From assembly GCA_964234715.1 (NCBI GenBank), contig OZ174277.1: a stretch of 64,000 bases of DNA. One strand, 5' to 3'. The notes beneath the pieces are model-generated. The model saw nothing but the letters and a program-made list of their open reading frames with translations, did no database searches and was not told the DNA's origin. Within the stretch, counting starts at the first letter, position 1. The number at the start of each line of letters is the position of its first letter. Of the stretch, positions 27,001 to 42,000 are shown in pieces. The DNA is from Podarcis melisellensis. Its lineage: Eukaryota. A program made the position numbers and the translations under genes.

Positions 27001-30000
27001 CAGGATGAGAACAGAAATTGTGCAGCAGTGGCGCAACAGCAGCAGGAGGCCCCATTAGCTTAAGTGGTGCTTCAGGTTAAGAACAGTTTCAGGTTAAGAA
27101 CTGACCTCCGGAACGAACTAAGTACTTAACCTGAGGTACCACTGTAGTTTAAGGAAGGTTGCTGGTTGGATTCACATAACTCCAAGCCAGAGTTAAAACA
27201 CACAAAAGTTTACAAGCCAGCAACACACCATTATGTCGCATCATGTTTTGTTGACAGTAGACAAATGATCATTAAATTATGGCTTAGTCGTATGGGAGAA
27301 CTATTATGTCTTCAGCGGTGTGTGGCAGCAGCATGATCAAGTAGGGAGTGGTGTGGTTCGCTTCAACATGGTTCCAAGGGTGCAGTGTCAATTGTATATA
27401 AGAAATACCTACAGATAATGGATGGGAAACGTAAGTCATTTCCATTTTTTTTTTAAACAAACCCACAGCGCCACGAAAGTCACTTGGTCATGAAGTGAAT
27501 GAACTGACATCAAGTAGGTTACTGAAACTAGAAATGGAAAACCAAAGTTTGCTAAAGACTGTGGAAGAGTTGCAAAATGCAGTGGGATCTGCAGAAGGCA
27601 GCAGTTCAAAAATGCTGAAAATGGAAAAGGAAAACCAAAGACTAAGTAAAAAGGTACCATTTTTATTGTATTTTTAAAATAGGAAGAAGGTAAATCCTAG
27701 CAAATAATTCAAAAATGGAGATTCTAAAAACATCTTAGACTCTTAAAGTTTCTGTAAGCTTTCTGTCATGAACTTCATTGTAGGTTCCCTGTCTTAAGTC
27801 TCGTTTTAAACAAATGTTTTGTTTAATATTATCTGTGTATGTTTAGCCAGAGGATTTACTTAGTTTGACAAACATTTTCTGAAATAAAGTAGTCCTTAAT
27901 GGTTTACCTTTTTTTTTTTGTATACTTTTTCAAAATTATATATATTAAATATCTGGCTTATTTATTAGTTAGACCTTTTCTACCCTGTTCCAGGTAACTT
28001 TTCTCAAAATTGGAACAGGACAGAAAAAATATGAAGAAACACAATTGACAAATGCCTTTTAACACATAATAAAGAAAATATAAATTCCGCTTTGTTCGAA
28101 GCCCGTCTTTTTAAATTTTGTGGTGTTACGCTACCTAGAAATATTTCATCCGAGTATATTTTGCTGTAACTATATTAATGTCTTGGTGGGTTACACACAC
28201 TCTTAAGTTTCCCTTGGCAAACCAGGCTTCTAAACAGCAACCACTTTTGAAGGCACAGTTTGGATTCAAAGAACACCTGCAAATAGCATAAAAGGGGCTG
28301 GTTATCAGTGCTAATCAGCAGATCAGGAGCCATCCATTTTTTATTAACTGCAGTTGCTTGTTTCATCTATACCCAACAAAGAATGATTAATCCTAACAAT
28401 GGTTTAGTTGAAACAAGCCATCTTCAATCCTTGAGTTATCAATCTGACTTGTTTCAACAAATTGTAGTTAAGATTAACCTACGGTAGAGCTGGCATGTAA
28501 CGCTAAACTCTGGCTAATCAAAAAACAGATGTGAAAGCTGCTGATCTGCACTTCACAGGCACACTGGTGGAGGAGAATGTTGAAGCCCAAGGCTTGCTGC
28601 AGTTTATCTCTTCAAAATAATGATTTATTATTATATTTAAAGTGTTTTTGATTCCAATACAAATAACTGTTTTAATTTGCAAGATGTTCAATGTATTTTA
28701 ACACTCTTTTACAAAATGCAGTATACATTCTTGTGCAGAACAATAGAAGCTACATAAATTTTCAGAAATAAAGGTGTAGAAAAACCAGATATTCTGGACA
28801 CTTCTGTATGTTGTCCTTGGTCTTTAATTTTTCTTATAGGAAAATTTCATTTTGGGGAGTAGGGACTTAAGAAACAAATAGTAACTAAAAACTTTCGGCA
28901 TGTCTTATACACTGTAATGTAAAATTTTATCAATTTTATTTTGTTCTTCTCTCTCTAGCTGGAAGGACTTGAGAAGGAACTTTCTGAAGAGAAACAAGGT
29001 CTTCAGAATAGTCAGAATCTTAGCAAAGATCTAATGAAAGAGAAAGCCCAACTTGAAAAGACTATTGAGACTCTAAGAGAAAACTCAGAGAGACAGGTAA
29101 AATGACAAAGATTTTCACTTGTCAAGCTTAACTTTCTTTAGATGGCCAAGACTGACATTTTAAAATAATTGTATATGTTATTTTATAGGATATGATAATC
29201 ATGGTCAATTTTTCCTGCTACCATTTTCATGTTTTTTCAAAAATGTTACTTGGCTTTTTCTATTCCTCTACTTTGTCAGAGTACCTTGTGGGTGGACTAT
29301 GTCCATGTTTTTCAGTAGTATCTAAGCAGGCAGAGAAGCCTCATGCTTTAGAAATCTTCTATACCGCTTTTCTTTCAATCCTAGTGTTTTCTAACATTGC
29401 AATCCTAACAGTGGATTGTCTCCAATGCTAATCGTACTTGGAGTAGCTACAGTGACATTAATAAGCTATTTTAAATTAGGGTCCTTAATTTCAGTGGCTC
29501 TATTCTGAGCAAAACTTAGTTGGCTACAACCCTGTTTACCCCAAAGTTCTGTATTTTTCCGTATATAAGACTAGGTTTTTTAAACCCAAAAATTGGGTTT
29601 AAAATTGGGCTCGTCTTATACACGGGTAGTGCTGAGGGGTGTTTTCTTAATTTGGAGTCCCCCAAAATAGTGGGCATCTTATACACAAAAAAATACAGTA
29701 AGTCCAGATGAATTCATTGTGACTTACTGAGATAAGTAGAATTGGAATTGCAGTTTAACTGCTTAACGAAGCCCTTCCTCTTTGGCAAAACCTTTCCACT
29801 TCTACTTTAGTTCTTTGGGTCATACAACCATTCATAATCTTGAGCTGAAAGAAGTCCAGGTACCAAAATGTTAGCCTTCCATCCTCAATTAAATGAAACC
29901 CCATATGTTGGTGTAACGGACAGAATTCTTAAAGAAGAACCCCATGAGATTCTAGAGCATCTTGCTCTCCTGCGCCCCTGAAATAGGGTGAGATCTAGGT

Positions 30001-33000
30001 TTAATAGGTTTGTAGGTGAGGCAGTTCTGTGATTGCTTCACAGCATACCAAAGATTCAAACTGACTTAATACTTTTGTGTTCTTTAACGCTTGAAATATT
30101 TTTTGTAACTAATTTTGTTAATGTAAAATATTTTTAGCCTGGTTTAAACTTTCATTTCAATTAGAAGTTACCTGAAAGTACCAAATAGGCCTAGGATTAA
30201 ATTAGGAGTTAATTAAATAAATGTGATTTAGAATGTTAAGAAAAGTTAAGAAATTTGACTCTAATTGGAATATTGTTTTTGAATAATGATATTGGAAAAT
30301 TGCTACATTCAGTTACAAGGAAATTCAGATGGGAGGGACTAGAGGAAGTCAAGCAATATGTTTATGAGGTTGGAAGTTTAATTAATTAATCAATTTGTAT
30401 TGTTTGTGTTTGTTATCATATCTTCTGTTTTTATTCACTTTATTGTTTTTTTATTTGTGTTTCAGTTGTTTTATAGTATGTGTTATATTTGTATGAAACT
30501 CAATAAACATTATTGTAAAAAAAATAGAATAAACTTTCATTTCAATTACTTAGATTAAAATCCTGGAACAAGAGAATGAGCATTTGAATCGAACAGTGGC
30601 TTCCCTCAGACAGCGTTCACAAATCAGTGCTGAAGCAAGAGTGAAAGATATTGAAAAGGAAAATAAAATTCTCCATGAATCTATTAAAGAAACGAGCAGT
30701 AAATTAAATAAGATAGAATTTGAAAAGAAGCAACTGAAGAAAGAGTTAGAACATTATAAAGAGAAGGGAGAAAGAGCAGATGAACTGGAGAAAGAAGTTC
30801 AACATCTTGAAAAAGAAAACGAACTATTACAGAAAAAGATTACCAACTTAAAGATTACATGTGAAAAAATAGATTCCTTAGAACAAGAGAACTCAAGTCT
30901 AGACACTGAAAACAGGAAGCTGAAAAAGACTCTAGATAGTCTTAAAAATCTCAGCTTTCAATTAGAGTCATTAGAGAAAGAGAACACACAACTTGATGAA
31001 GAGAATTTAGAGCTCAGAAGAACAGTTGAAACTTTGAAAAGTACAAATATCAAGATGGCTCAGTTAGAGCTAGAAAATAAAGAACTGGAAAGTGAGAAAG
31101 GACAGCTTCAAAAGAGCCTGGATCTTATGAAAACTTCTTTTAAGAAGACTGAACGCTTAGAAGTAAGTTATCAAGGTTTGGATACCGAAAACCAAAGACT
31201 GCAGAAAGCCCTAGAAAACACCAACAAAAAGATTCAGCATCTAGAAAGTGAACTACAGGATCTAGAGACGGAAAATCAAACCTTACAAAAAAACCTGGAA
31301 GAACTCAAAATCTCTAGTAAACGCTTAGAAAAATTAGAAAAAGAGAACAAGCTTTTGGAGCAAGAGACCTCTCAGCTAGAAAAAGATAAGAAACAGCTGG
31401 AAAAAGAGAACAAGAGGCTTCGACAACAAGCAGATATTAAGGACAGCACATTAGAAGAAAATAATGTAAAAATTGGTGATCTGGAAAAAGAGAACAAGTC
31501 ACTCGTTAAGGAAATTGGTATATGTAAAGAAGCTTCTGTTCGTTTAAAAGAGATTGAAAAGGAAAATAAAGAGCTTGTGAAAAGAGCCACCATTGACAAG
31601 AAAACACTTGTCACATTACGGGAGGTAATATTTCCTGCTGAATGATATACTATAATTATAAAGGGTAATGCAGCTGTAACATTCAAAAAATTCTAGCTGT
31701 CAATTTCATGCAATAATTCATGCAAATTTAATGTATTTTTGTTTTATTTGCATATTATTCAAACACTATTCATGAGCTTGGTGGATTCTGAGTTGCTCAT
31801 ACATTAAGAAGAAATGGTGACAGAAGATGTTCATACTTCTTTTTGTGCCCCCTGTGTTATGAGCAAAGCAGAAATGTTTGCATTTGAGCCGTGTGAATAT
31901 CATGGACTCGCACACTGCAATGCAGGCAGCAGTTGCCAGCACTTCGTTTGCTTCCACCCTGGGACCTGTTGGCACTTTTGAGGCATTGTGGAATAATTAT
32001 TGCCTTGGAAGCAGAATTAAAACGATGGTTTCTGTGTAGCAAAGGTGGACTGTATAATATCTAGCCCTTGCCCTCCTCATTGCTCCTTTTCTAATATTTA
32101 TTCATAAGCAGGTCCCCTGCAACATTAGTTACTAGCTTCCTCCTTGCAGTAATGAGTGTGCCCTTAATTAATCAGCTTCTCTTCTCCATGGTGACAAGTC
32201 TGCTTTCCTTTAATTCTCCCCCACTTTACTTTTTATACTGAAACGATAACCATTTTGCTATGAAACAGTGAAAGGAAACCAGTAATGTACACAGGCATCA
32301 GAAGCTGACTAATTGAGGGCTAATTGATAACTAGTCTTCCAGGTGCATACGAACTGAAATGAAGAAATAATGAGGAAGAAACTGCAAGAAGGAAGCTTTT
32401 CATTGAAGGCACACTAGTTCTTAAAAGCTGTGATGGCACTTTGGCTGTCCACACTGAACAGGCTGGTGCTGTGATTGTGTTTCATTGCAAAAAAGAGCAG
32501 GAGTACAATACCAGAATACAACCATTTGACAATCTGGATACTCCATAAAAAGCAAATGAATAAAGAGAGACAATTTCAATCAAAGGAGCTAGCATGGAAG
32601 CAATTGTTATAACACTTGATGGCTTTATTATTCAGGATCATATGTACTGAACATTTGAACTATCTTGTTGGATTTAGTAACTTAATATAAAATTAGTGGG
32701 TTGTATCCAATGGTGGTTTAATGTGAGGGGAAAACGCTTCTGCCCAAGCAAACTGGGTCACTTCATCTTTCCTACCTACCTAACACTTCCCCAAAGCTAC
32801 TTCTGAGGAATGTGGAATCCACTGGGACAGAATAGGATATGGTTGGGGAATTGGGGAAGAGTGAGTTTTCCAATTTAAACAAATGTTCTTTCTGCTAAGG
32901 CAAGTCCAGCATTGGATATATTAACTAAAAATACCCAGCAAAAATAAAGGAGGCAAACCTTTGAAATGAATTCATATTTGTTTTTGGAATATGATTGCTG

Positions 33001-36000
33001 ATTAACTAGAAGTTTATGCAGTAAGTGTCAATAGGATGGAGACAAAATATAGTTTTTTCAGAGAGCTGAAGGTGGTTTGAAATAAGGATCACAGCTTTAT
33101 TGCATGTATCTACATTTTAATTTCAAATCTGGCAAACTGATTTGGCATATTTTTGTAGCCTTTAAAAAACCTAAAAAAAATTAATGGGAGACAACTGAGA
33201 TAAAAAAATATTTGTGTTCAGCATTGAAAGGGAAACCTCTCTTAAAGCCACTTTCAACTTCCTTAAAATCTATTGCCTGAGTCTCCTGCTGTAGTCTCTA
33301 GAAATGGCATTATTGCAATATTATACGTTCAACACATTTTCAAAAATCTATTTAAAGGATTTGGTGAATGAAAAACTGAAGACACAGCAGATGAATAATG
33401 ATTTAGAAAAGCTTACACATGAACTTGAAAAGATAGGTTTAAATAAGGAGCGCCTCTTGCATGATGAGCAGAGTTCAGATGATAGGTGAGTATATTAAGG
33501 CCTCTTTGGAATAGGTTGAGCGCAGTTCTTTATGGCATTCTGCAATAACTGTTTTTCACAGGATATGCTCCTGAATGTATATGAACAGCTACTACAGTGT
33601 GCACTTCTTTCAGGTTCCACTTTCAATTTTGTTGTACGAAATTCTATATGTCATCAAAGGAGTAAACATCTCTTTGCAGAGTTGGTATAGACATTTTGAG
33701 CACTTATCTCCAACAGTTACTATATCCTTTATAATAGATTCCTGAGTCTATCAGCAGGAAAAAAATCAGTATCTCTGAAAGAGCTTTTGGCTCTCTTCAG
33801 CTTACTCCATCTGCCAATATAAAGCTAATAGCATACAAACATCTGTTTCCTTTACTTGGTCATGTGTTCCATCCTGTTCCTTGTGGAATTGGAGAAAATA
33901 TGTGTTAACAAAAGCAGAATACTCCAGCTTCTGACCAGCCCTCCTGTCAGCATGCCACTCAGTTGAGAATAATGACTGGCGCTGTAGTCTGTTATTAGCA
34001 GTGATTGACATAATGATGGTGGCAAATTCAGAACCTTCTATCTTGAGAGGAAGCCAGCATTATAATTGTATGTATCCAGTCTTACTTTCAGGATACTGTT
34101 GAGACAATGTAAGCTTTTCACAGTGAATTATCAAGACTTTCCCCATTTAAAATAATTTTCATTGCTTTTTTCCACCCTATAAGGTTTCATTTCTACCTAG
34201 TTTTCAATCATTAGCTCCTGACAACTGCTTAAGAATCCTAGTTTGGTGCCCATGGAAGGGGTTAATTTCTATTCCAGAGTGATGGATTTGATGTGGGAAG
34301 ACCAAATTTAGTGGCAGTGATGTTGGCTTAGGGAGATATGTGTGAGAAAGAGAGGATTGAATAGAGAGGTTAAACAAGGAATTTTTTTATTTTGGTGAGA
34401 GGCTTCAATGGAAGGAGTAGATTTTAGGTGTTAACTCGGTTTATCTTCAGATTTTGGAATGGTGGGTGTCTACAGGATATGCTGCAGTTGGTGGTTTCAA
34501 TTACCTTCACTCAGACTGGCTGCTTGTGTGTTCTAGTCATGATAAAGTGCTGTATGCCCAAGCCTGGTGCAGGAAGCATGTTATGCTGCTGGCAGGGGCT
34601 ACCCCAAAGGGGAACACTCCTTTTGGGAAGCTGTGTGGACCAAAGATTTACCCCCTTTTATCAGTTTTATTGGCCAGGGTTTTATGTGTGGTATTGTTTG
34701 TTCATTTCTATCCTTTGGGGAAGTGTTGTGTTTTCAGGGTAAGAGGTTGAAGGTGGTCTATGTGTGTTAGAGAATATTGATTTCATGCCTATGGAGTGTG
34801 GGTCCAATCCTGCATGAAACTGTGCCTTTCTCGGGTGGGAAACTGGGGGAGTGGTGAGTTTTTATCCCAGATGAGAGCTGAGGTGTGTCACATTTGATAT
34901 TTTTATTTTAAAAGTATCTCATAGTTTGAGTTCCCCTGACATTAACCTCTGCTGTATTCCTGTCATTTCGTAGAGGTAGCACAGGGTGGTAATATGTTTA
35001 GGAGGCGATACAGAGGTGAATGAAGGTATACAGGGAGGAGAAATAATAATAATAATAAATTTTTCTTTATATCCTGCCCTCCCCGGCCAGAGCCGGGCTC
35101 AGGGCGGCTAACACCAATAAAATTACAATAAAACATAGTGGGAGGGGAAACAAAGAAAAGAGGTCTAGTTACATCAAAGCCCAGGCTCCTTCTGCTTCAC
35201 CTGCTGTATTTCAGAATCTGGGGGTGCTAGTAAGCCAGCTCCCCCCTTGGTGCTGTGTCGCTAAATGCCAGGTCTGTTCAGAATACAATATTGACCATTC
35301 ATAATTTGATCCTGGGTGAGGGAGCCAACTTGGCATGTATGACTGACACCTGGATGGATGAAGTTGGTGGCCCTAAGCTCACCCAGCTATGTTCACCTGG
35401 ACACTCAGTGCAGCACCATTAGAGGTCAGAGGGATGGGGCAGGGAAGTTGCAGTGGAGACCAATCCCTACTGTGTCTGGATTTGAGGGATTGTTTGCATT
35501 GTTGGGCCAGAGGGCCGGAACAAGGATGTTTTTACTGTACCATCTACCCTGCCGCATTAAGTCTCCCTAATTGAGATGGCAGAGGTTATCTCAGATTTGA
35601 TGTTGGAAAATGTTTTTATGGTGGTGTGGGGGAAACTTTATTATCCATAGTGAAACTGTCCCATATGGACCAGCTCAGGACTTCATGGTCTCAATGACAG
35701 CCATGGCGTTGTCTCAGTATATCAGTGTCCTCACACCTGGTTGGACATAACCTTGACCTGGATGTGACCTTGACCATAGGAGAGCGAATTACTTTCTGAG
35801 TAAAATAGTTTGATTCTCAGAATGGATAGTGATCAGACAAAATATATGATGCCATGAAAACTCTTGTTTACCTTTAACTAATTTTGCTGTACTTGGCTAT
35901 ATCTATATTTGTAAGTATTCCCGGATTTGCGCTACATTCAGTCTGTGTGTTGACCTTCTATCCCTCCTCACATACACCCTCTGTTATCTCTTGGCAGCAT

Positions 36001-39000
36001 AGGGATGAACAGAGTGCAGCGTTTCCATTAATTTGAGCCAATGTTATTTCATGCTTTCTTAGCATTACATCACTTTAAGCCAGGAGAAAAATTTCCCACA
36101 GTCCAGTATTCAAAGGACATGTATGAAACTTTGGGAACTTGGCTGCAGACGCAACTGATGTGAAAACAAGCGTTGCTGTAGACTTAACTTTGCAATAAAA
36201 TGCAGAAAGCAAAGGGTAAAATCAGATGTGGACAGCATCAGTCAATTTGGCTATATTGAGCAATGGAAGTACTAATTTAGAAATAGCAACTGTAGTGTTA
36301 GGTTCACACATTGTGAGTATATATAGGAAATCATCATGCACCTGTATGTTTGTTCCTTCTCTTCTCTGCTCCCATTATGTTTTGAAGAACCAGGGTTGTG
36401 TGGTTCAGTCCTTTGTAGTGGAGGGTTGTAATCAAGCTCATTTTTTTATCTTTGATTTTGTTGGACTGTAGCCAGAATGAAGACTGCTCACCAGCAATTC
36501 AGTCTCTTTGCATTCTGCATTGTTTATGTGCTAGAACTCTCTGTATGATTAAATGTACATCTTCCGTTCTCTTAGGGTGTACCCAGACCAGCATGGGTGA
36601 CACATCTCAGTTTTGTCCTTTACTGTCACAGAACAAGTTTCTTTTCTGTTTGTATACACTTGCTGGATTTGTTTCTTTAGAGTTTGCATTATTTTCTTGA
36701 ATATTCTCCATTAAATACATTTGATGAAAGTGATGGCAAAGGGATTAGGTCATGGCCTTTGAGGTCAGGAGATGGTGGTAGGCAGCTTCCTAAATCTCCA
36801 TAGTAGCCAGATTTAGACTTTAAATTGGTCAGATGAACAAGTGCTATAGTGCTAATGCATTAATTAAAAAGAGGACTGTGTCTGTACCCACGGAGTAAAA
36901 CTACTTCTGTCTAAACAGTTTAATGAGGTGTAAGAATTTGTAGAAAATCTTGTATGTTTCAATCTCTTTTTAGATCATTGCAGACTTTATATTTTGAATG
37001 TTTTAAATAGTTGCTTTTATTGTTTCAACGGATTATTTTATTCTCTTTGGATTTGTTTGTTTTTTACATTTGAGTGGTTTCTAAATTTTATGAAATAAAT
37101 AGAACAATAGGAAGTGAAGACAGCAGACTGTTGGGTGAACTGTGGTCCTGTCCTCACACAGATTTATTGAAAAACAGTCAAGCTATCACCTTGATGAAGC
37201 TTGTATATTTTCTTAGGGGATTGTCTTCTTCTTGATAATTAAAACATTATTGTAATTTTTTTCATTAATAGCAAATACAAGCTACTGGAGTCAAGATTAG
37301 AATCCACATTGAAAAAGTCACTTGAAATAAAAGAAGAAAAAATTGCTGCTTTGGAAGCTCGATTAGAAGAATCAACAAATTTAAATCAACAACTGCGCCA
37401 GGAACTTAAAACAGTAAAAAAACCCAAATATTTCTATTACCTTAAATTGTTTCTAACAGTTATAAAGGTGTTAGAAAAAAAATCTGTTTCTTATATTGTC
37501 AAAAGTTTTTTCGAAAGATTTATGCACAGTGCTGCTTTTGATAAGCAAAATACATGCTGAATTATACTCTTGCTTTCTTAGTGAAAACAGTATATATATT
37601 ACCAATTTATCTTCACAGAAATATATGAAAAATGTTGGTTTAAAAATTAATCAGTGCTTTCCATGCAGAAAACATTTTGTTTTTTGACTTGGCAAATTTT
37701 AGGTGTTGCTGATAGCAGTATTTAAAGTGCTGTTCAGCTTCATGTTTAGCCCCTTTCTGAACAGCTGCCACTTGAGACTGCAGCATGTGGTTTTGCTAAT
37801 TTTTGCTAGCATTTATTTATCTATAAAAGTTTGTGTGTGTGCCCTCTCCTAAAATATTGGGGTGGTGTACCAGCAATCTAAAAGCATAAAAAATTAAGAG
37901 CAATACAAAACAATTATTAAAATGACTAAAATAATAAACCCTAATGATTAGAATCATGAACATTTAAAACAAGTGCATAGGCCTGTTGGTGCAAAAGTCT
38001 CCAAAGGGAGGCCACAAAGTCCCAAATAAGGATGCCTGCTGAATCTCTGCTGGAAGAGCCTTCAACAATATGTAACTTCTGGTTGAGGCCCATCAGGCCT
38101 CTGTAGCATGGGGGGAACAACCAGTACTCCTCAAGATGACCTCAGTATGAGTGAGCTGCAGTATATGGGCTCAAGTGGTCCTTGTGTAATGTGAAGTGGA
38201 GTAGAAGCTAGTGGGCCAATTAGTTGAGCTGAATGAAACTACACCTGAGACACTGAATGGTAGGCATTCTTGCAAAAAGCTTTGAAAGTAGCAGTCAAAG
38301 TCCCTCCTAAAGATGCTCTCCTTGTCATTAGTCTACCTCAAAAGGCCAGACTAAGCCACAGACATGAGAGTAACAATTGGGTTGCCACCAAATCCCTGTA
38401 AAGTCTGGGGTGGGGTGTGATCTAAGCTGCATAGGGCAGAAAAGAAGGCATGCTGAACCCTTCCACAAGCCATACCTACCCCCTGAAACTGCCTCTCCTC
38501 TTACTGCTTTTTTTCCCTATGGGGATCAAAGGTTGGAACCTTTGGTGAAAGAAAAACAGCTGTGGCAGGGCCATTTTTTCTAATTAAATAATAAGAATAA
38601 AGTTGTCCTGGCATGCTTAGGATTTAGTAGGATTTAGTATTTTACATTTGAAATTGAATTCATTGATCTTTAGGTGAAAAAGAATTATGAGGCCCTCAAG
38701 CAAAGACAAGAGGAAGAGAAAATGGTACAGAATTGTTCGTCAAAAACTGATGAAGAAAGTTTGTCTGTCAATAAATGGGAACGAGAGAGCCAAGAAACCA
38801 CTAGAGAACTTTTGAAGGTTAAAGATAGATTAATTGAAGTTGAGAGAAATGTAAGTAATAATTTGGATTATTTTAATAATTTTACCTTGATTGTCAACCT
38901 GTGTAGGGTATAGTAAGCCACATTTTGTTGCCACGGATATAACAAAAGAATAGGCTAGTAATTAGGGTAGTCTGATCTAATACTGTGCTTGAAAGAACAT

Positions 39001-42000
39001 ACTGTTTCTAGGAAATAAATGTAGTTGATTTCAGCATAACTTATTATGCCTCTCTGCCTGTCTTATTTCTCTCTTGCATGCATACATAGGTACACCACAT
39101 CGAGTAAACCCACTTTCATCAGAAAGCAAACCCATACTTTGTGTGATTTCTTCTGACTGCAAGAGTGTTTCCATACTTCAGATTGTTTGACATAAAATAG
39201 AAGTCTGAATTTAAACAATGTTTTGTTCATTTAAATGGTGCATGTATGTAATACATTTTGTTCCTTTTTAAAGAACGCAACTCTGCAGGCAGAGAAGCAA
39301 GCCCTGAAAACACAACTAAAGCAGCTTGAGACACAGAACAATAATGTGCAAGCTCAGATTGTGGCACTTCAGAGACAGACTGTTTCCTTACAGGAGCAAA
39401 ATACAACGCTGCAAACTCAGAATGCCAAGCTTCAGGTTCTGTTTTCACAAATTTGTATTTATCTCCCAACCGCAATATAGAATTTACAAGTGAAAGCCTT
39501 GCTGTTATTCACATGGCTGTAGCAGCAGCTATTCTTGTGACACTCATGGGAAGCCTATACAGTGGTACCTCGGGTTAAATCCTTAATTCGTTCCAGAGGT
39601 CTGTACTTAACCTGAAACTGTTCTTAACCTGAAGCACCACATTAGCTAATGGGGCCTCCTGCTGCCGCCGCGCCGCCACTGCATGATTTCTGTTCTCATC
39701 CTGAAGCAAAGTTCTTAACCAGAGGTACTATTTCTGGGTTAGCGGAGTCTGTAACCTGAAGCATATGTAACCCGAGGTACCACTGTATTTTGAACATAAG
39801 TGGTTTGACTGGTGGGCAGTGCCCCATCTGTAGTAACTCCCTGGCTCCCTGGGCTAGATCTACTTCCAAGAAGTTCCTTTGGATAGCTCCCATTACTATT
39901 GGATTGTTTTGTACTTTATTTTTTCACTTCTTCGATGATCACATGCCCATATCATTTTGAGTCCCTGTATATCCCATTTGTGGTGGTATGGTTAAGTACT
40001 GCAAGATGGGGGTGGGTGGGTTCTTGTTCTACAACCCTATGATTCCATCTCTTCATGCTAGAGAGGTGTCTCTTATTTCCCAACCCTAATTAGAACTTGG
40101 TAACAAGAGTGAAACGTTTGAGTTTCCTGCTTCTGTTACATTTAGGTATCTTAGAGACAAAAACAAAAAAACCACTTAGTTCCTCTTGCATTCTAGAACA
40201 GCTGTGAAATTTTTTAGAAGGAGAATCTATAGGAAAGGGTCAGAAGAATCTCTATGAGGCTAGATGTAGAATTTGTAATCTGTTTGACAAAGAAAACAGG
40301 TCAGTACAGGCATCCCCCCCCCACTTAGGTGGGCATTACACCCCTGCACACATAAGTGAAATCTCATGAAGTGGGAAGCGCCCTGTAAACACCTCTTCTT
40401 TCTCTTCAATCCATACCAAAAATACTGTATCCACAACTAGAATTGAAGCTGTAGGGTTGGCAGGAGGCTGGCAAACACATGCTGTTAGGTGGGGAGACTG
40501 AGCGGCAGAAACAAAGCCCTGCTGCACCCCCGGTATCTTCTATCTCACAATTTCATGGTATGAGTCTATGTAATTGTTTCCCAGCACCACACGTATATGC
40601 AGTTGCGCTTCAGTAGAATGTGCCTAAGTGGGGGGACTCCTGTATTTACCTAAACAAGCCTAATTTAAGTATTTCACTGCTGATCCTCATGTTATTTCTG
40701 GAGTTGATTTAGGAAGCATAGGACAGGAGAAAATGTCCACTTTGACTGGCAGTGGCAGCTCTCCAGCATCTATGTCAGAGGTTTCCTGTACCACCTGTTA
40801 CCTAATCCTTATAAGTGGATATGCATACAGATGCAAACTGCAGAGCTATGCAGTGAGAGTGCATTGAATGCACGAAGCCCCAGTTTGATCTCCAGCATTT
40901 CTTCGAAGAGATTGGGGAAATTGCTCTGAGATAACAGGATTTAAAACCTGTTAACAACCTAGGACCAAAATTGGCTAATTCTGTACAAGGCTAATTTTGA
41001 ATGAGTACACCACAAAGTACTTTGTTATTGATTGTCCAATGTCACTTTGGCAATTGTAGGTAGAAAATTCTGCTATTAATTCGCAAAGTACATCTCTTAT
41101 GAATCAGAATGCACAATTGCTGATTCAGCAGTCCACCTTGGAAAATGAAAATGAGTCCATAATCAAGGAACGTGAGGATCTGAGATCGCTGTATGATTCA
41201 CTCATCAAAGATCATGAAAAACTGGAACAGCTTCATGAACGGCAAGCTACTGAATATGAATCTCTAATTTCCAAACATGGAAACCTTAAGTCAGCACACA
41301 AGAATCTTGAGGTGGAACATAAGGACTTAGAAGACAGGTGATTTCAATATATCAGTCATAACCAGTTTGCAGCTTAATCTGAAAATTATTTAAAATGTTA
41401 GATCTTAAATCCTTATAGTTGCAGCCATGTTGAAAGTGGAAGCTGTATTCATAATAACCTTTTGTAAATAATACTTGAGAATAGAATTAGTAATATTATA
41501 TAATCCATTTGACAGATACAATCAGTTGCTGAAACAAAAAGTGCAATTAGAAGAACTGGAAAAAGTTCTTAAAGCAGAACAAGAGAAGATGCTGCAGCAA
41601 AACAAAAAGCATGAAACTGTAGCAGCGGAATACAAAAAGCTTTGTGAGGAAAATGACAGGTAAGAAAACAAAGCAAATGAATAATTATCTGAATTAAAGT
41701 GTATTATTAAATGTGCCAACTATATTTTGCATTTACCCTGATCTTAAACACTGCATAAAAGTTAGAAACCCTTAATACATTAGAATAAGAAAAAAACAAT
41801 AAATCTACAGTATGCTCATAGAAATTGGTTATAAGATATTTCTACAAACATTATGATAATGTAAATCTCTCTTTAAATGTGAGTATATGATATAACTGTG
41901 CAGACACTTGTTTAATTGTTAATTTTGTGAAAACTTACTTTAATTTTGTTTTCTGTCCATTTTTAATTACAGATTGAATCATACATATACGCAGCTTTTG

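Noticed and set aside
31372-31686. Minus-strand 104-aa ORF (also 56573-56965, 51765-52118)
   Set aside because: Antisense shadows of Girdin coding exons.
34250-35040. G/T-rich stretch with three short ORFs, possibly an old minus-strand LINE
   Set aside because: No recognisable motif; I could not assign it.
37414-37425. Intron 17 begins GTAAAAAAA (VKK), mimicking the start of exon 18
   Set aside because: Low-complexity coincidence; only a hazard for aligners.
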